A DNA stretch of 64,000 nucleotides from an uncultured Octadecabacter sp. (GCA_937891785.1 CALAGN010000030.1:4526-68525); one strand, 5' to 3'. Shown: positions 40,038-51,227, numbered from the stretch's first letter. Translations and numbers: made by a program. Notes: generated by a model not told the origin, from the letters alone.

Positions 40038-40658
40038 GTGACCAAACGCACGTCTGCCAAATACAAAATTGACCGCCGGATGGGTGAAAACATCTGGGGC
40101 CGTCCGAAATCCCCTGTAAATCGTCGTGAATATGGCCCCGGCCAGCACGGTCAGCGCCGCAAGGGCAAACTGTCTGACTTCGGTATTCAGTTGCGCGCCA
40201 AGCAGAAGCTCAAGGGCTACTATGGCGATCTGACCGAAAAGCAGTTCCGTCGCATTTACGGTGAAGCCGAGCGTGTTAAAGGCGATACAGGTGAAAACCT
40301 TGTTGGTCTGCTGGAACGCCGTCTGGACGCCGTTGTTTACCGCGCCAAGTTTGTTGCGACTGTTTTTGCTGCGCGTCAGTTTGTGAACCATGGCCACGTC
40401 ACCGTGAACGGCCAGCGTGTGAACATCCCGTCGTACCGCGTCAAAGAAGGCGATGTGATCGAAGTGCGTCAGAAGTCCAAGCAGATTGCTGTTGTTCTGG
40501 AAGCCACCCAGCTGCCCGAGCGTGATGTGCCTGACTATATCGATGCTGATCACTCGAAGATGACCGCAACGTTCGTGCGCACACCTGGTTTGGGCGATGT
40601 GCCTTATCCGGTTATGATGGAACCGAACCTCGTCGTGGAATTCTACGCCAAGAACTAA
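40038..40658 (+). CDS. rpsD: 30S ribosomal protein S4
   Basis: GTG start: [50 protein letters not shown]. Confidence 0.98.
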   Translation: MTKRTSAKYKIDRRMGENIWGRPKSPVNRREYGPGQHGQRRKGKLSDFGIQLRAKQKLKGYYGDLTEKQFRRIYGEAERVKGDTGENLVGLLERRLDAVVYRAKFVATVFAARQFVNHGHVTVNGQRVNIPSYRVKEGDVIEVRQKSKQIAVVLEATQLPERDVPDYIDADHSKMTATFVRTPGLGDVPYPVMMEPNLVVEFYAKN

Positions 40659-40681
40659 TCGGTTCTGGCATCACGAATATC

Positions 40682-40710
40682 AGGGTCGCGGCGCAAGCTG
40701 CGGCCCTTTT
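40682..40710 (+). terminator. rpsD intrinsic terminator
   Basis: AGGGTCGCGGC-GCAA-GCTGCGGCCCT followed by a T run. Confidence 0.75.
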
Positions 40711-40788
40711 ACGTTTCTGTACCTTCCGGCTGGATTTGCCACCATCGTGCCGCTAGAAGTTGCGGTGAATTTAAGAAAGGCCTTTGCC

Positions 40789-41877
40789 ATGGGCGCGACG
40801 ATCAAACCTCAACCGGGAATTCTGGATATCGCCTTGTACGAGGGTGGTGAATCCACTGTCGACGGCCAAAGCAATATCGTCAAGCTGTCGTCCAACGAGA
40901 ACCCGCTTGGCCCCAGCCCTGCGGCCAAAGAAGCATTCTCGCGCGCCGTGCATGACTTGCACCGGTATCCATCAACCGATCACGGGTTGTTGCGGCTTGC
41001 GATTGCCGAGGTGTTTTCCGTCGCCGCCGAGCGGGTCATTTGTGGCGTGGGCAGCGGTGATATCCTGCATCTACTGAGCGAAGCCTATGCCAGCCCTGAG
41101 GACGAGGTCATATTTACCGAACATGGGTTCTCTATGTATCCGATCTATACCTTGGCGGTGGGTGCGAAACCTGTGAATGTGGCCGAGCGTGATCGCGTTG
41201 TCGATGTTGATGCAATCCTAGCAGCCTGCACCAAGCGCACAAAACTGGTGTACATTGCAAATCCGGCGAACCCGACCGGCACGATGTTGGGCATGGCCGA
41301 GGTGGAGCGGTTGGCGGATGGCCTGCCGCCGCAAGCGCTATTGGTGCTTGACGGTGCCTATGCCGATTTTGTCGATGGCTATGATGGCGGTTTGTCACTT
41401 GTGGAGTCGCGCGAGAATGTATTTGTGACCCGCACATTCTCTAAGATCTATGGTCTTGGCGGTTTGCGTATCGGTTGGGGCTATGGGCCACGCGCGGTCA
41501 TTGATGTATTGAACCGCATTCGTGGTCCGTTCAATTTGTCGGCTGCGGCCCTTGCTACGGCCGAGGCCGCGGTGCGCGACACGGCCTACCTAGAGAAATG
41601 CCGAACCGAAAACGCGCGCTGGCGGGACTGGTTGGCAAATGGGCTTGCCGCAGTTGGTGTGCCCTCTGACACGTCCATGGCGAATTTCGTGCTGGCCCGT
41701 TTCAAGGACGAGGCCGAGGCGGTGGCCTGCGATCAACACCTGCGCGCCGAGGGCATTCTGGTGCGTCGCGTGGCAGGTTATGGTTTGCCCAATTGCCTGC
41801 GTATCACTGTGGGCGACGAGGCATCCTGCCGTCGTGTTGTCCATGCTATCGGGCAATTCAAAGAGGTGGGAAAATGA
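40789..41877 (+). CDS. hisC: Histidinol-phosphate aminotransferase
   Basis: [39 protein letters not shown]; start ATG 40789. Confidence 0.93.
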   Translation: MGATIKPQPGILDIALYEGGESTVDGQSNIVKLSSNENPLGPSPAAKEAFSRAVHDLHRYPSTDHGLLRLAIAEVFSVAAERVICGVGSGDILHLLSEAYASPEDEVIFTEHGFSMYPIYTLAVGAKPVNVAERDRVVDVDAILAACTKRTKLVYIANPANPTGTMLGMAEVERLADGLPPQALLVLDGAYADFVDGYDGGLSLVESRENVFVTRTFSKIYGLGGLRIGWGYGPRAVIDVLNRIRGPFNLSAAALATAEAAVRDTAYLEKCRTENARWRDWLANGLAAVGVPSDTSMANFVLARFKDEAEAVACDQHLRAEGILVRRVAGYGLPNCLRITVGDEASCRRVVHAIGQFKEVGK

Positions 41878-42791
41878 GCGTCGTTTATGATCGCGTCGCC
41901 CTGATAGGCCTTGGTCTGATTGCATCATCCATGGTTCATGCCATGCGCCGTGCTGGTCTGGCAGGCGAGATTATCGGCACGGCACGTTCCGCCGAAACTC
42001 GCGATATTGCACGCGAAATTGGCTTGTGTGATCGGGTGGTCGATACGGCAGCCGAGGCTGTTGAAGGCGCAGATCTGGTCGTGCTTTGCGTACCCGTGGG
42101 GGCAATGGGCGGGGTTGCTGCAGAGATTGGACCGGCCTTGAAGGCTGGCGCGACGGTCAGCGATGTCGGCTCAGTTAAGCAGGCGGTGATAGATAACGTT
42201 GCGCCGCATTTGCCGTCGGGCGTGCATTTCATTCCGGCCCACCCGCTGGCTGGCACCGAGCAATCAGGGCCGCGATCTGGCTTTGCCGAACTGTTCGACA
42301 ATCGCTGGTGTATCATTGTGCCTACCGGCGATGCGGATGCTGACGCGGTTGCACGTCTGCGCGCCCTTTGGGAAGGCATGGGCAGCTTTGTCGACACGAT
42401 GGAGCCAGAGCATCATGACCTTGTTCTTGCGGTCACCAGCCACACGCCGCACCTCATTGCCTATACGATGGTTGGTGTCGCCGATGACCTAAGCCGCGTA
42501 ACCGATAGTGAAGTTATAAAGTATTCTGCCGCTGGTTTCCGTGATTTCACGCGGATCGCCGCGAGTGATCCAACGATGTGGCGCGATGTGTTCCTGAACA
42601 ACAAAGAGGCGACGCTGGAAATCCTTGGACGGTTCACCGAGGAATTGTTCGCGCTTCAGCGTGCGATACGCCAAGGTGACGGCGAAATGCTGCACGACTA
42701 TTTCACGCACACCCGTGCGATCCGCCGCGGCATTATCGAAGCCGGTCAGGATACCGATGCGCCGAACTTTGGCCGCTCGCCGACAAAATAA
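41874..42791 (+). CDS. tyrA: Prephenate/arogenate (cyclohexadienyl) dehydrogenase
   Basis: [49 protein letters not shown]; ATGA overlap with hisC. Confidence 0.93.
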   Translation: MSVVYDRVALIGLGLIASSMVHAMRRAGLAGEIIGTARSAETRDIAREIGLCDRVVDTAAEAVEGADLVVLCVPVGAMGGVAAEIGPALKAGATVSDVGSVKQAVIDNVAPHLPSGVHFIPAHPLAGTEQSGPRSGFAELFDNRWCIIVPTGDADADAVARLRALWEGMGSFVDTMEPEHHDLVLAVTSHTPHLIAYTMVGVADDLSRVTDSEVIKYSAAGFRDFTRIAASDPTMWRDVFLNNKEATLEILGRFTEELFALQRAIRQGDGEMLHDYFTHTRAIRRGIIEAGQDTDAPNFGRSPTK

Positions 42792-43121
42792 TGATCCGAT
42801 CGGCGCTGATCATCGCGTGAGCGATCTGCGCCACATTTGCGATTGCCGACGCGCCTGCTGGAAATTGTTGCAATGGCGCGCGCCTGTCGGAATATACGTA
42901 TGGACGCGCAGTAGATATCGCAGGAATTCAATTGCGCGAAGGGTCGGAAATTAGCGTGCTGCGTCACTGGGGATCAGGGGGCAGGGCGCGCGTTCCGCGA
43001 GATGCATAGCGCGGCCTGTGGCACATTCGGAACAGTTCTTGGGCCCACTGCAAATGCCGCGCATCGTGACCATCGCCACTTTGACACGGCGCGCTATCGT
43101 TGGGGCAGCTACTGCCGCTAG
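42791..43121 (+). pseudogene. Extensin-like family protein remnant
   Basis: MIRSALIIA* (TGA 42818), AICATFAIADAP, GARLSEYTYGRAVDIAG..LREGSEISVLRHWG, a +1 frameshift, then EMHSAACGTFGTVLGP.AN..HRDHRHFDTARYRWGSYCR*. Confidence 0.8.
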
Positions 43122-44116
43122 CGCAGGCGCGGGGCCTCACCGATGGGGAAACCGCCGACGATCATTCGCCCGTTTTGCAAAGTGACTTCAAGCGTCAGCA
43201 GGTCTGAGTTGTCGGGCGTTGCGTCCATGTTTTCAGCCACGGCTGCAACGGTGAAAACCATGCCTTCGTCCACCACTCCAGCCCGCACGAGCATTGCAAG
43301 AATATCATCCCAATTGCGCAGGGAAAGCTGGACGTCACCGCTGGCAAAGCCGTTTGCATCCACGGCGATGTTGCCCGATGCGTTAAACTCCAAGTCGCCC
43401 CAGCCAAGGGCAAGTTCCCGCAGCGACACGCCAGTTAGTTCAACGACCTGATCTGCGGAGAAACGATCAATTGGAAGGGAAAGCGCGACATTCCCGTCGA
43501 TTTTGGCAAGCCGGATCAAGGGTGGCAATGTGTCATCGGGGTCAAGAAAACGGCGGGTCTGTGCGGGCAGAACAAGGGCCTCGGCCTGCGCGAAAAAATC
43601 GTAGGTATTGGTATGTGCGCGGGTGTCGCGGGCTGCCAACAGGATGCGACCGGCGGTGATTTGCCATGCATCATCGGGACCAGTCAGGCGCGGCGCCTCG
43701 ATGTCGATTGTCGCGCGATCAAACGGCAAGCTTGGCGTGGCCCGCACGGCGGCGCTGGCCCGCATGTCGTTTGTCTCAAGGCGAAAGCTCTCGCCGCCCA
43801 CTGTGATCGACTGTTGAGGGGGAAGCAGCGCGATAACTTCGGTCGGGCGATAGGACAGTGCGAACACCTGCAACCATGGCCCCGCCCAGCCTATGGCATT
43901 GATCGGGTCTGACAGCGCGAAATTGCTAAGTGTCGTATCAAAGCGTGATGGAAACCCAGAGGTCGAAAGCTCGTCATAACTGACCACCCAGCCGTCGTCG
44001 GCCAATTGGGTCAAGACCTGCGTCGCGCCTCCTTGCACGCCGCTGCGCCCAACAAACCAGTATCCGCCATAGAGGACTGACAAAATTCCGGCGATCCAGA
44101 TCAAGCGCGTCATCAT
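43118..44116 (-). CDS. DUF2125-domain protein
   Basis: N-terminal TM with YGGYWF, SGFPSRFD, QVFALSYRPTEVI, C-terminal GFPIGEAP. Confidence 0.8.
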   Translation of the reverse strand: MMTRLIWIAGILSVLYGGYWFVGRSGVQGGATQVLTQLADDGWVVSYDELSTSGFPSRFDTTLSNFALSDPINAIGWAGPWLQVFALSYRPTEVIALLPPQQSITVGGESFRLETNDMRASAAVRATPSLPFDRATIDIEAPRLTGPDDAWQITAGRILLAARDTRAHTNTYDFFAQAEALVLPAQTRRFLDPDDTLPPLIRLAKIDGNVALSLPIDRFSADQVVELTGVSLRELALGWGDLEFNASGNIAVDANGFASGDVQLSLRNWDDILAMLVRAGVVDEGMVFTVAAVAENMDATPDNSDLLTLEVTLQNGRMIVGGFPIGEAPRLR

Positions 44117-44178
44117 GTGGCCCTTTCGCCCAAGTCCAAGCTGGTGTTTACAGGGGCAACTTTGCAAGGACCAGCACA

Positions 44179-44709
44179 ATGCCGCTTTGGATTTTCGGAT
44201 ACGGGTCACTTTTGTGGAACCCCGGCTTTACGCCTGCGCAAACCGTCACGGCGCGGCTGGATGGCTATCACCGCAGCTTTTGTATGTTATCGATCCATCA
44301 TCGCGGGACGGATGATGACCCCGGTTTGGTGCTGGCGTTGGACGAGGCCGAACAGGGCCGTTGCACCGGCGTCGCCTTTCGCGTGGCGGATGGCGATGAA
44401 AATGCGGTGCATACCTACCTGCGGGAACGCGAATTGATCTCGTCTGCCTATCTTGAGGCGAATGTGCCGCTGACCCTTGAAAGTGGTGAGGTTATCAAAG
44501 CACTTGCCTATGTCATTAACCGCGATCACGTGCAGTATTGCCAGTTTCCGTTGGAAAAACAGGCGCAGATGATTGCCCGCGCGGTGGGCGGGCGCGGCCC
44601 CAATACGGAGTACCTTTTCAATACTGCGGACCACCTTGTGAAAATGGGAATCAAGGATGATGAAATGGCATGGCTTGTTGAACGGGTGCGTGATTTGACA
44701 ACTCGCTAA
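44179..44709 (+). CDS. chaC: Gamma-glutamylcyclotransferase, ChaC family
   Basis: WIFGYGSLLWNPGF, HRGT..PGLVL, YLRERELI, GPNTEYL. Confidence 0.9.
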   Translation: MPLWIFGYGSLLWNPGFTPAQTVTARLDGYHRSFCMLSIHHRGTDDDPGLVLALDEAEQGRCTGVAFRVADGDENAVHTYLRERELISSAYLEANVPLTLESGEVIKALAYVINRDHVQYCQFPLEKQAQMIARAVGGRGPNTEYLFNTADHLVKMGIKDDEMAWLVERVRDLTTR

Positions 44710-44788
44710 TTACTTATATTTCATTTGGGTTTTTGCTCGTCTGCCCCTATGTTTACCCAGTAATCAGATGAGAGGACCTATTGCCCAA

Positions 44789-45970
44789 ATGGACATAAGG
44801 GACCCAGAGGCCGAGCCGCAGTTTTCACAACCCGTCCGCCAGATCACGTCGATGCTGGTCGTGCTGGCGCTTGTTGCGGGGGGCGCATATCTGGCCGCGC
44901 CGCGTGTGGGGCCTGTATTCCTCGCTAATCCATATTTAAACGGATTTATTCTGGTGGTGTTTTTCATCGGTGTCATCGCCTGTTTCGGGCAGGTGGCACA
45001 GTTAATCCGCGCCGTGCGCTGGATCGAGGGGTTCGCCAGCAACCGGATCGGCCACGAAATTACAATCGCGCCGCAAATGCTGGCGTCCTTGGCGACCTTG
45101 CTTCGTTCGCGCGGTGTGCGGATGCAAATTTCGTCATCATCCAGCCGCTCGATCCTTGATAGTGTTGCACAACGGATTGATGAAGTTCGCGAAATTACGC
45201 GGTACATCGTTAACACACTGATTTTTCTTGGTCTTTTAGGCACATTTTACGGCCTTGCGACGACGGTACCGGCGCTTGTTGAAACGATCCAATCGCTTAC
45301 GCCGGACGAAGGTGAAACCGGCGTTGATATCTTCAACCGGCTTCAGGTGGGGCTGGAAAGCCAACTTGGCGGGATGGGGATCGCCTTTGCATCGTCCTTG
45401 TTAGGTCTTGCAGGGTCGCTGGTTGTCGGTCTTCTGGAACTATTTGCGGGGCATGGCCAGAATCGGTTTTATCGCGAACTTGAAGAATGGATGTCCACGA
45501 TCACCCGCGTCGGTTTCGCGAGCGGTGATGATGGCGGTAGCGGCGAAACAGCCGCGATGGCCAGCGTGATTGATTACATGGCCGAGCAGATGGAATCGCT
45601 GCAATTGATGTTCACCCAGTCGGATGTAAGCCGCAGTCAAGTTGATGATCGGATGAGCGACCTTGTTGGCGCAGTCGATCGATTGACGATCAAACTGGAT
45701 CAAAATGATACCAATTCGGTGTTACTACGCGTCGCCGAAGGGCAGGAGGCATTGATCGCAAAACTGCGTGATAGTGGCGTTGACGGGATTGATGCTGAAA
45801 GCCGAATGCGCCTGCGGTCGATTGATGTGCAACTGCTGCGCATTCTCGAAGAGATGGGCGCGGGACGCCAAGAGGTCGTGGCCGATCTACGAAGTGACAT
45901 CACATCGCTGACACGCGCGCTGCGCCAAACGTTAAACCACGCCCGCAAGGGCGACGGCAAAAAAGGCTAG
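44789..45970 (+). CDS. MotA/TolQ/ExbB-like membrane protein with a long C-terminal helical tail
   Basis: LIFLGLLGTFYGL and GMGIAFASSLLGL channel helices; about 170-aa tail after the last TM; start 44789 or 44768. Confidence 0.8.
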   Translation: MDIRDPEAEPQFSQPVRQITSMLVVLALVAGGAYLAAPRVGPVFLANPYLNGFILVVFFIGVIACFGQVAQLIRAVRWIEGFASNRIGHEITIAPQMLASLATLLRSRGVRMQISSSSSRSILDSVAQRIDEVREITRYIVNTLIFLGLLGTFYGLATTVPALVETIQSLTPDEGETGVDIFNRLQVGLESQLGGMGIAFASSLLGLAGSLVVGLLELFAGHGQNRFYRELEEWMSTITRVGFASGDDGGSGETAAMASVIDYMAEQMESLQLMFTQSDVSRSQVDDRMSDLVGAVDRLTIKLDQNDTNSVLLRVAEGQEALIAKLRDSGVDGIDAESRMRLRSIDVQLLRILEEMGAGRQEVVADLRSDITSLTRALRQTLNHARKGDGKKG

Positions 45971-45972
45971 TC

Positions 45973-47934
45973 ATGGCCCTGAGTCGGCGCACAGGTTCAC
46001 GGTTTCAAGCCTCGATATGGCCCGGATTTGTCGATGCGATGACAGGGCTTTTGCTGGTCCTGATGTTTGTTTTGACGATCTTTATGGTGATCCAGTTCGC
46101 TCTGCGCGAAACGATTACTGGACAGGAATCGCGTCTCTCGCAACTGACTGCCGAAGTCGCATCGCTGGCGCAGGCATTGGGTCTTGAACAGGACCGCTCA
46201 ACGCAACTGGCGGCCACCGTCGGTTCATTGACTACATCCTTAGCAGCGACGTCGGACGAAGCTGAACGTCAAGCCACGCTGGTTGCCAGTTTGACGCAAG
46301 AACGTGACGCGCAGACGCTGGTATTGGTCGAGGCGCAAAATCGGATCACGGGCTTTGAGGCGCAGGTTGCAGGGTTGCTGGCGCAGCGCAGTGATCTGCG
46401 CGCGACCGTGGCGGGGCTGGAAGGCACGCGCGACGAATTGCTGAGCGAACAAGAGGCGTTAAATCTTGCCCTTGCAACAGCGCGCGACGAGATTGATGCC
46501 GGTGCCCAAGCTGCGCGTCTTGCCGCGGCACGCCGCGAGGCACTTGAGGCGTTGATGGCTGATCTGCGTGCCGAAGCCACATCTGATATGACCCGCATTT
46601 CCGAACTTGAAGCCGCGCAATTGGTCGATGCTGCCGCCGCGCAGGCCTTGCGCGACCGACTTGCAAATGCAGATGCGGAATTGACGGTGATGACCCTCGC
46701 GCTTGAAGAGCAGCGCCGCGCCGCCGAGGAAACGCTTACGTTGCTGGCTGCCGCCCAAAGTGCCGGAGATAATCTTGATTTGCGCCTTGCTGCTGCCCTT
46801 TTGGCGCAGTCCGAGGCCCAGGCCGCACTTGTTGCGGAAACCGAAATCAAAGCTGATCTGAACGTGCGCCTGCTAGCAGCCCTTGCAGGGCAAGATAGCA
46901 GTCAATCGGCGTTGGCGGCGGCGCAGGCGGCCCTAGCGGCGGCCATCGCCGAGGGCGAAGTGGGGCAGGCTGACTTGCAGGATCGTCTGGCCGAAGCATT
47001 ATTGGCAGGCGATGACTTGCAGGCGCAGATTGCGGCGTTGCATGAAAGCGTAAGTGCTGATCGGGCTAGCCTTGAAGAACGCCTCGCCGAAGCGCTAGCC
47101 GCCGCGACTGCCGCTGAAGCCGCGACGGGCGCGCAAATGACCCAAGCCGAGCGGCAGGCAGCACTACTTGCGACTGCAAATCAAGCCTTGGCCGAGCAAG
47201 AGGCGTTATCCGCCCAAAGCCAGCGCGAGGCGGCCTTACTGAACGAACAGGTGCGCGCCCTGCGCGATCAGATTGGCACTTTGCAAACGCTGCTTAATCT
47301 TGCCGAGGACGAAGATGTCGCGACACAGGTGCAGATTGAAAGCCTCGGGGCGCAGTTGAATACTGCACTGGCGCGAGTTGCTGCCGAAGAACGCCGTGCA
47401 TTGGCCCTTGAGCGCGCGGAACGTGAACGCCTTGAGGCAGAAGCGGTGCGCCTGATCGCCGAGGCACAAGATCTTGAGCGCTATCGATCTGATTTCTTTG
47501 GGAAATTACGTGATGTGCTGGATGGTCAAGACGGTGTGCGTATCGAAGGAGACCGCTTTGTCTTTTCCTCCGAGGTGCTGTTTGAGCCGGGGCGCGCGAG
47601 CCTATCGGACGAAGGGCGCGCTGAAATTGCCAAGGTTGCGGGCATCCTCCGGGCGATTTCCGACGACATTCCGGCCGGCATTGATTGGGTGATCCGCGTC
47701 GATGGTCATACTGATAACGTGCCGCTTTCGGGCTTGGGTGAATTTGCTAACAACTGGGAACTGAGCCAAGCGCGCGCCTTGTCGGTTGTGCTTTATATGG
47801 CGGATTTCCTTGATATCCCGCCCGAGCGTCTAGCGGCCAATGGGTTTGGGCAATACCAACCGGTTGACCCTGCGGACACGGACGAAGCGCGCGCGCAGAA
47901 CCGCCGGATCGAGCTGAAGCTGACAGAACGCTAG
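45973..47934 (+). CDS. MotB/OmpA-like peptidoglycan-binding protein with a long coiled-coil stalk
   Basis: WPGFVDAMTGLLLVLMF TM with Asp; about 470-aa Ala/Leu/Glu-rich helix; VLFEPG, VDGHTD, NWELSQARA, NRRIELK. Confidence 0.85.
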   Translation: MALSRRTGSRFQASIWPGFVDAMTGLLLVLMFVLTIFMVIQFALRETITGQESRLSQLTAEVASLAQALGLEQDRSTQLAATVGSLTTSLAATSDEAERQATLVASLTQERDAQTLVLVEAQNRITGFEAQVAGLLAQRSDLRATVAGLEGTRDELLSEQEALNLALATARDEIDAGAQAARLAAARREALEALMADLRAEATSDMTRISELEAAQLVDAAAAQALRDRLANADAELTVMTLALEEQRRAAEETLTLLAAAQSAGDNLDLRLAAALLAQSEAQAALVAETEIKADLNVRLLAALAGQDSSQSALAAAQAALAAAIAEGEVGQADLQDRLAEALLAGDDLQAQIAALHESVSADRASLEERLAEALAAATAAEAATGAQMTQAERQAALLATANQALAEQEALSAQSQREAALLNEQVRALRDQIGTLQTLLNLAEDEDVATQVQIESLGAQLNTALARVAAEERRALALERAERERLEAEAVRLIAEAQDLERYRSDFFGKLRDVLDGQDGVRIEGDRFVFSSEVLFEPGRASLSDEGRAEIAKVAGILRAISDDIPAGIDWVIRVDGHTDNVPLSGLGEFANNWELSQARALSVVLYMADFLDIPPERLAANGFGQYQPVDPADTDEARAQNRRIELKLTER

Positions 47935-48893
47935 CGGAAAGTAATCATCGTCGTCATAACGTCAAATGACGCGCCATTCCGCTCTATCGTGACGGCACCT
48001 GTATAAGTGCCAACCGGCCAGCCTGTCGATGGTGCATGCCGCCCGCCCGTGCGAAAATACTGTGCTATTGGACGATCAAGCGGGTCAGCGCGGGTTTCGA
48101 TTTTGGTGCCGTCCGGGCGGGTGATTGTCGTGATCATCACATCGCCAGTCTGACCGCCAAATGCGTAGCCCCAAAGCACCAGATTGTTATTGGGCGCAAG
48201 GCTCTCAGCCGCTGCATTCCCTGCCTTGATCTCATCGTAATCGGGAACGTCTGGGGCAAATCCGGCGCTTATCAACCCGCCCGCTGGCGTCGCGACTGGG
48301 GTCGCCCAAAGGGTGTCGGCGATGACGCCACATGTAATCGCGCCGTCCGGATCAAAGGGATCCACGACCTCGCCACGGTGGCGTAGCGACAGGTGCAGGT
48401 GGGGAAATTCGGTTTGTCCGCTCATCCCAACTTGGCCGAGAATATCGCCCATGGCCACGCGGTCGCCCGATTGAACAGTGATCGTGCCGCGTTTTAGGTG
48501 GCAATATTGCGTTTCCCAACCGTTCCCGTGGCTGATCACCATGCCATTGCCACATTCACGTCGGTTTGTATCGGGCGCGCCTGTTTGTCCCTGCAGGATA
48601 TCGGGCATTTCATCGCGCACCCCGCCCACGGTGCCCGGCGCGGTGGCGATCACATCGACACCCGCGGCAAACATCGCGCGGCTAAGCAGGGCGAAATCGG
48701 TGCCCTTGTGGCCGTCATACGTCAGCGAGCCGCAGGCGAAATCGCTGGCGGCATCGCTCGGGTCATGATCGACAAATTGCTGGATGTAGCAGGTTTCGCC
48801 CAGATCGCAGGCGATAGGCAGGCCCAAAACAATGTCCCTCGCCACGGCCGGCGCGGCGAGGGACATCAGCATGATCGTGACGGCGAACCGCAT
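47931..48893 (-). CDS. M23-family metallopeptidase, exported
   Basis: Signal peptide; YDGHKGTDF (HxxxD), YCHL, FPHLHL (HxH). Confidence 0.88.
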   Translation of the reverse strand: MRFAVTIMLMSLAAPAVARDIVLGLPIACDLGETCYIQQFVDHDPSDAASDFACGSLTYDGHKGTDFALLSRAMFAAGVDVIATAPGTVGGVRDEMPDILQGQTGAPDTNRRECGNGMVISHGNGWETQYCHLKRGTITVQSGDRVAMGDILGQVGMSGQTEFPHLHLSLRHRGEVVDPFDPDGAITCGVIADTLWATPVATPAGGLISAGFAPDVPDYDEIKAGNAAAESLAPNNNLVLWGYAFGGQTGDVMITTITRPDGTKIETRADPLDRPIAQYFRTGGRHAPSTGWPVGTYTGAVTIERNGASFDVMTTMITFR

Positions 48894-48896
48894 GGA

Positions 48897-51227
48897 TTAT
48901 TTCGCGGTTAGCAGCGGCGGTTTTTTGTTGGAGCTGGCAATGCGCGCGGTTTCGGGCGGATCGATCTGCAAATCCAGTTTTCCGTCCTTGATACCGACCT
49001 TGACCAGCCCACCCTTGGCCAGCTTGCCGAACAATAGCTCCTCGGCCAACTGCTTCTTGATGTGTTCTTGGATCACCCGGCCCAGTGGACGCGCCCCCAT
49101 TTTGTCATCATAGCCCTTGTCGGCCAGCCATTCGGCGGCAGGTTTGGTCAGTTCAATTGAAACATTGCGATCCATAAGTTGTGCTTCGAGTTGCAACACG
49201 AATTTTTCGACCACTTGCAAGATGACCTCCTTGGGTAGCGCGCCAAAGGAAATTACCGCGTCCAGTCGGTTGCGGAATTCCGGCGTAAAGGCACGCTCAA
49301 TAGCTGCAGTATCTTCGCCTGTGCGCCGATCACGGCCAAAACCAATCGCCTCTTTGGCTTGTTCCATCGCGCCCGCGTTGGACGTCATGATCAGGATCAC
49401 GTTGCGGAAGTCGACGGTGCGACCATTGTGATCCGTCAGCTTGCCGTGGTCCATGACCTGCAACAGGATGTTGTAGACATCCGGATGCGCTTTTTCCATT
49501 TCGTCAAGCAGCAGCACACAATGCGGGTGCTGATCCACGCCGTCCGTCAGCATGCCGCCCTGATCAAACCCGACATAGCCGGGAGGTGCGCCAATTAGGC
49601 GCGAAACTGCGTGTTTTTCCATGTATTCGGACATATCAAAACGCAGCAGTTCGACGCCAAGTGTGTCGGCCAACTGCTTGGCGACTTCGGTTTTGCCTAC
49701 GCCAGTTGGGCCCGCGAACAGGTAGTTTCCGATTGGTTTTTCGGGTTCGCGTAGCCCCGCACGGGCCAGTTTGATCGCAGATGACAGTGCTTCGATAGCC
49801 TTGTCCTGGCCAAAGACCACTCGCTTAAGTGCGGTATCCAGATCGCGCAGCACTTCGGCATCGTTTTTTGAGACGTTTTTCGGTGGGATGCGGGCGATTT
49901 TGGCAACAACAGCCTCGATCTCCTTGGTGCCGATGGTTTTGCGACGTTTGGATTCGGCGACCAGATGCTGCGCGGCACCAGCTTCATCGATAACGTCGAT
50001 GGCTTTGTCAGGCAATTTGCGGTCGTTGATATAGCGCGATGATAGTTCGACTGCGGTTCTAATCGCATCGGCGGTGTATTTGATTCCGTGATGCTCCTCG
50101 AAATAGGGTTTTAGCCCCTTCAAGATTTTTACCGCATCCTCGACTGATGGTTCGGCCACGTCGATTTTCTGGAACCGACGCGCAAGCGCGCGGTCCTTTT
50201 CGAAATGCTGGCGGAATTCCTTGTAGGTGGTGGATCCCATGCAGCGCAGCTTGCCACCCTGCAACGCAGGTTTCAGTAGGTTGGACGCATCCATCGCGCC
50301 ACCAGACGTGGCGCCGGCACCAATTACTGTGTGGATTTCGTCGATGAATAGGATTGCATCGTCATGTTCTTCCATTTCGGTCATGACCGCCTTGAGGCGT
50401 TCTTCGAAATCACCACGATAGCGTGTACCAGCCAGCAGCGCGCCCATATCCAGACTGTAGATCGTTGCATTCGCCAAAATCTCGGGCGTGTCACCGGCAA
50501 CGATTTTACGCGCCAGACCTTCGGCGATGGCGGTCTTGCCGACACCAGGGTCGCCGACCAGCAGCGGGTTATTCTTGCGGCGGCGGCAAAGGACCTGAAT
50601 GCAGCGCTCAACTTCGTGATCGCGCCCGATCAGGGGATCGATCTCGTTCTTGCGGGCCTTGGCGTTCAGATCGACGCAGTATTTCGCCAGCGCAGATTCT
50701 TTTTTCTCACTCTCGACGGAGCCATCGGACAGGTCGTCAGCCATGTCAGACGCGCCGGAAATCGGGCGGCTCTCGCCAAATGCCGGATCTTTGGCGACAC
50801 CGTGGGCGATGAAATTGACCGCGTCATAGCGGGTCATGTCCTGATCTTGCAGAAAATAGGCCGCGTTGCTTTCACGTTCGGCAAAGATTGCGACCAGCAC
50901 GTTGGCGCCGGTTACTTCGCTGCGGCCAGATGACTGCACATGAATCGCTGCGCGTTGGATTACGCGCTGGAATGCAGCCGTTGGCACGGCTTCGGACCCT
51001 TCGATATCGGTGACCAAGGTCGAGAGGTCGTCTTCGATGAAATCGTCCAGCGTTTTGCGTAATGTGTCCAGATCTACCGAACATGCCTTCATGACCTGCG
51101 CGGCGTCAGGTTCATCAATCAGGGCCAGCAGAAGGTGTTCCAGCGTGGCGAGTTCGTGGCGACGCGCATTGGCAAGCGCCAGCGCGGCATGAATGGACTG
51201 CTCAAGTGTATTTGAGAAAGACGGCAC
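48897..51227 (-). CDS. clpA: ATP-dependent Clp protease ATP-binding subunit ClpA
   Basis: GTG start after AGGAG; [43 protein letters not shown]. Confidence 0.97.
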   Translation of the reverse strand: MPSFSNTLEQSIHAALALANARRHELATLEHLLLALIDEPDAAQVMKACSVDLDTLRKTLDDFIEDDLSTLVTDIEGSEAVPTAAFQRVIQRAAIHVQSSGRSEVTGANVLVAIFAERESNAAYFLQDQDMTRYDAVNFIAHGVAKDPAFGESRPISGASDMADDLSDGSVESEKKESALAKYCVDLNAKARKNEIDPLIGRDHEVERCIQVLCRRRKNNPLLVGDPGVGKTAIAEGLARKIVAGDTPEILANATIYSLDMGALLAGTRYRGDFEERLKAVMTEMEEHDDAILFIDEIHTVIGAGATSGGAMDASNLLKPALQGGKLRCMGSTTYKEFRQHFEKDRALARRFQKIDVAEPSVEDAVKILKGLKPYFEEHHGIKYTADAIRTAVELSSRYINDRKLPDKAIDVIDEAGAAQHLVAESKRRKTIGTKEIEAVVAKIARIPPKNVSKNDAEVLRDLDTALKRVVFGQDKAIEALSSAIKLARAGLREPEKPIGNYLFAGPTGVGKTEVAKQLADTLGVELLRFDMSEYMEKHAVSRLIGAPPGYVGFDQGGMLTDGVDQHPHCVLLLDEMEKAHPDVYNILLQVMDHGKLTDHNGRTVDFRNVILIMTSNAGAMEQAKEAIGFGRDRRTGEDTAAIERAFTPEFRNRLDAVISFGALPKEVILQVVEKFVLQLEAQLMDRNVSIELTKPAAEWLADKGYDDKMGARPLGRVIQEHIKKQLAEELLFGKLAKGGLVKVGIKDGKLDLQIDPPETARIASSNKKPPLLTAK

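Noticed and set aside
44789-47934. Calling the MotA/MotB-like pair a Zorya defence system or a flagellar stator
   Set aside because: No zorC/D/E, nuclease, helicase or flagellar genes nearby, and the context is core genome; kept only as an architectural analogy.
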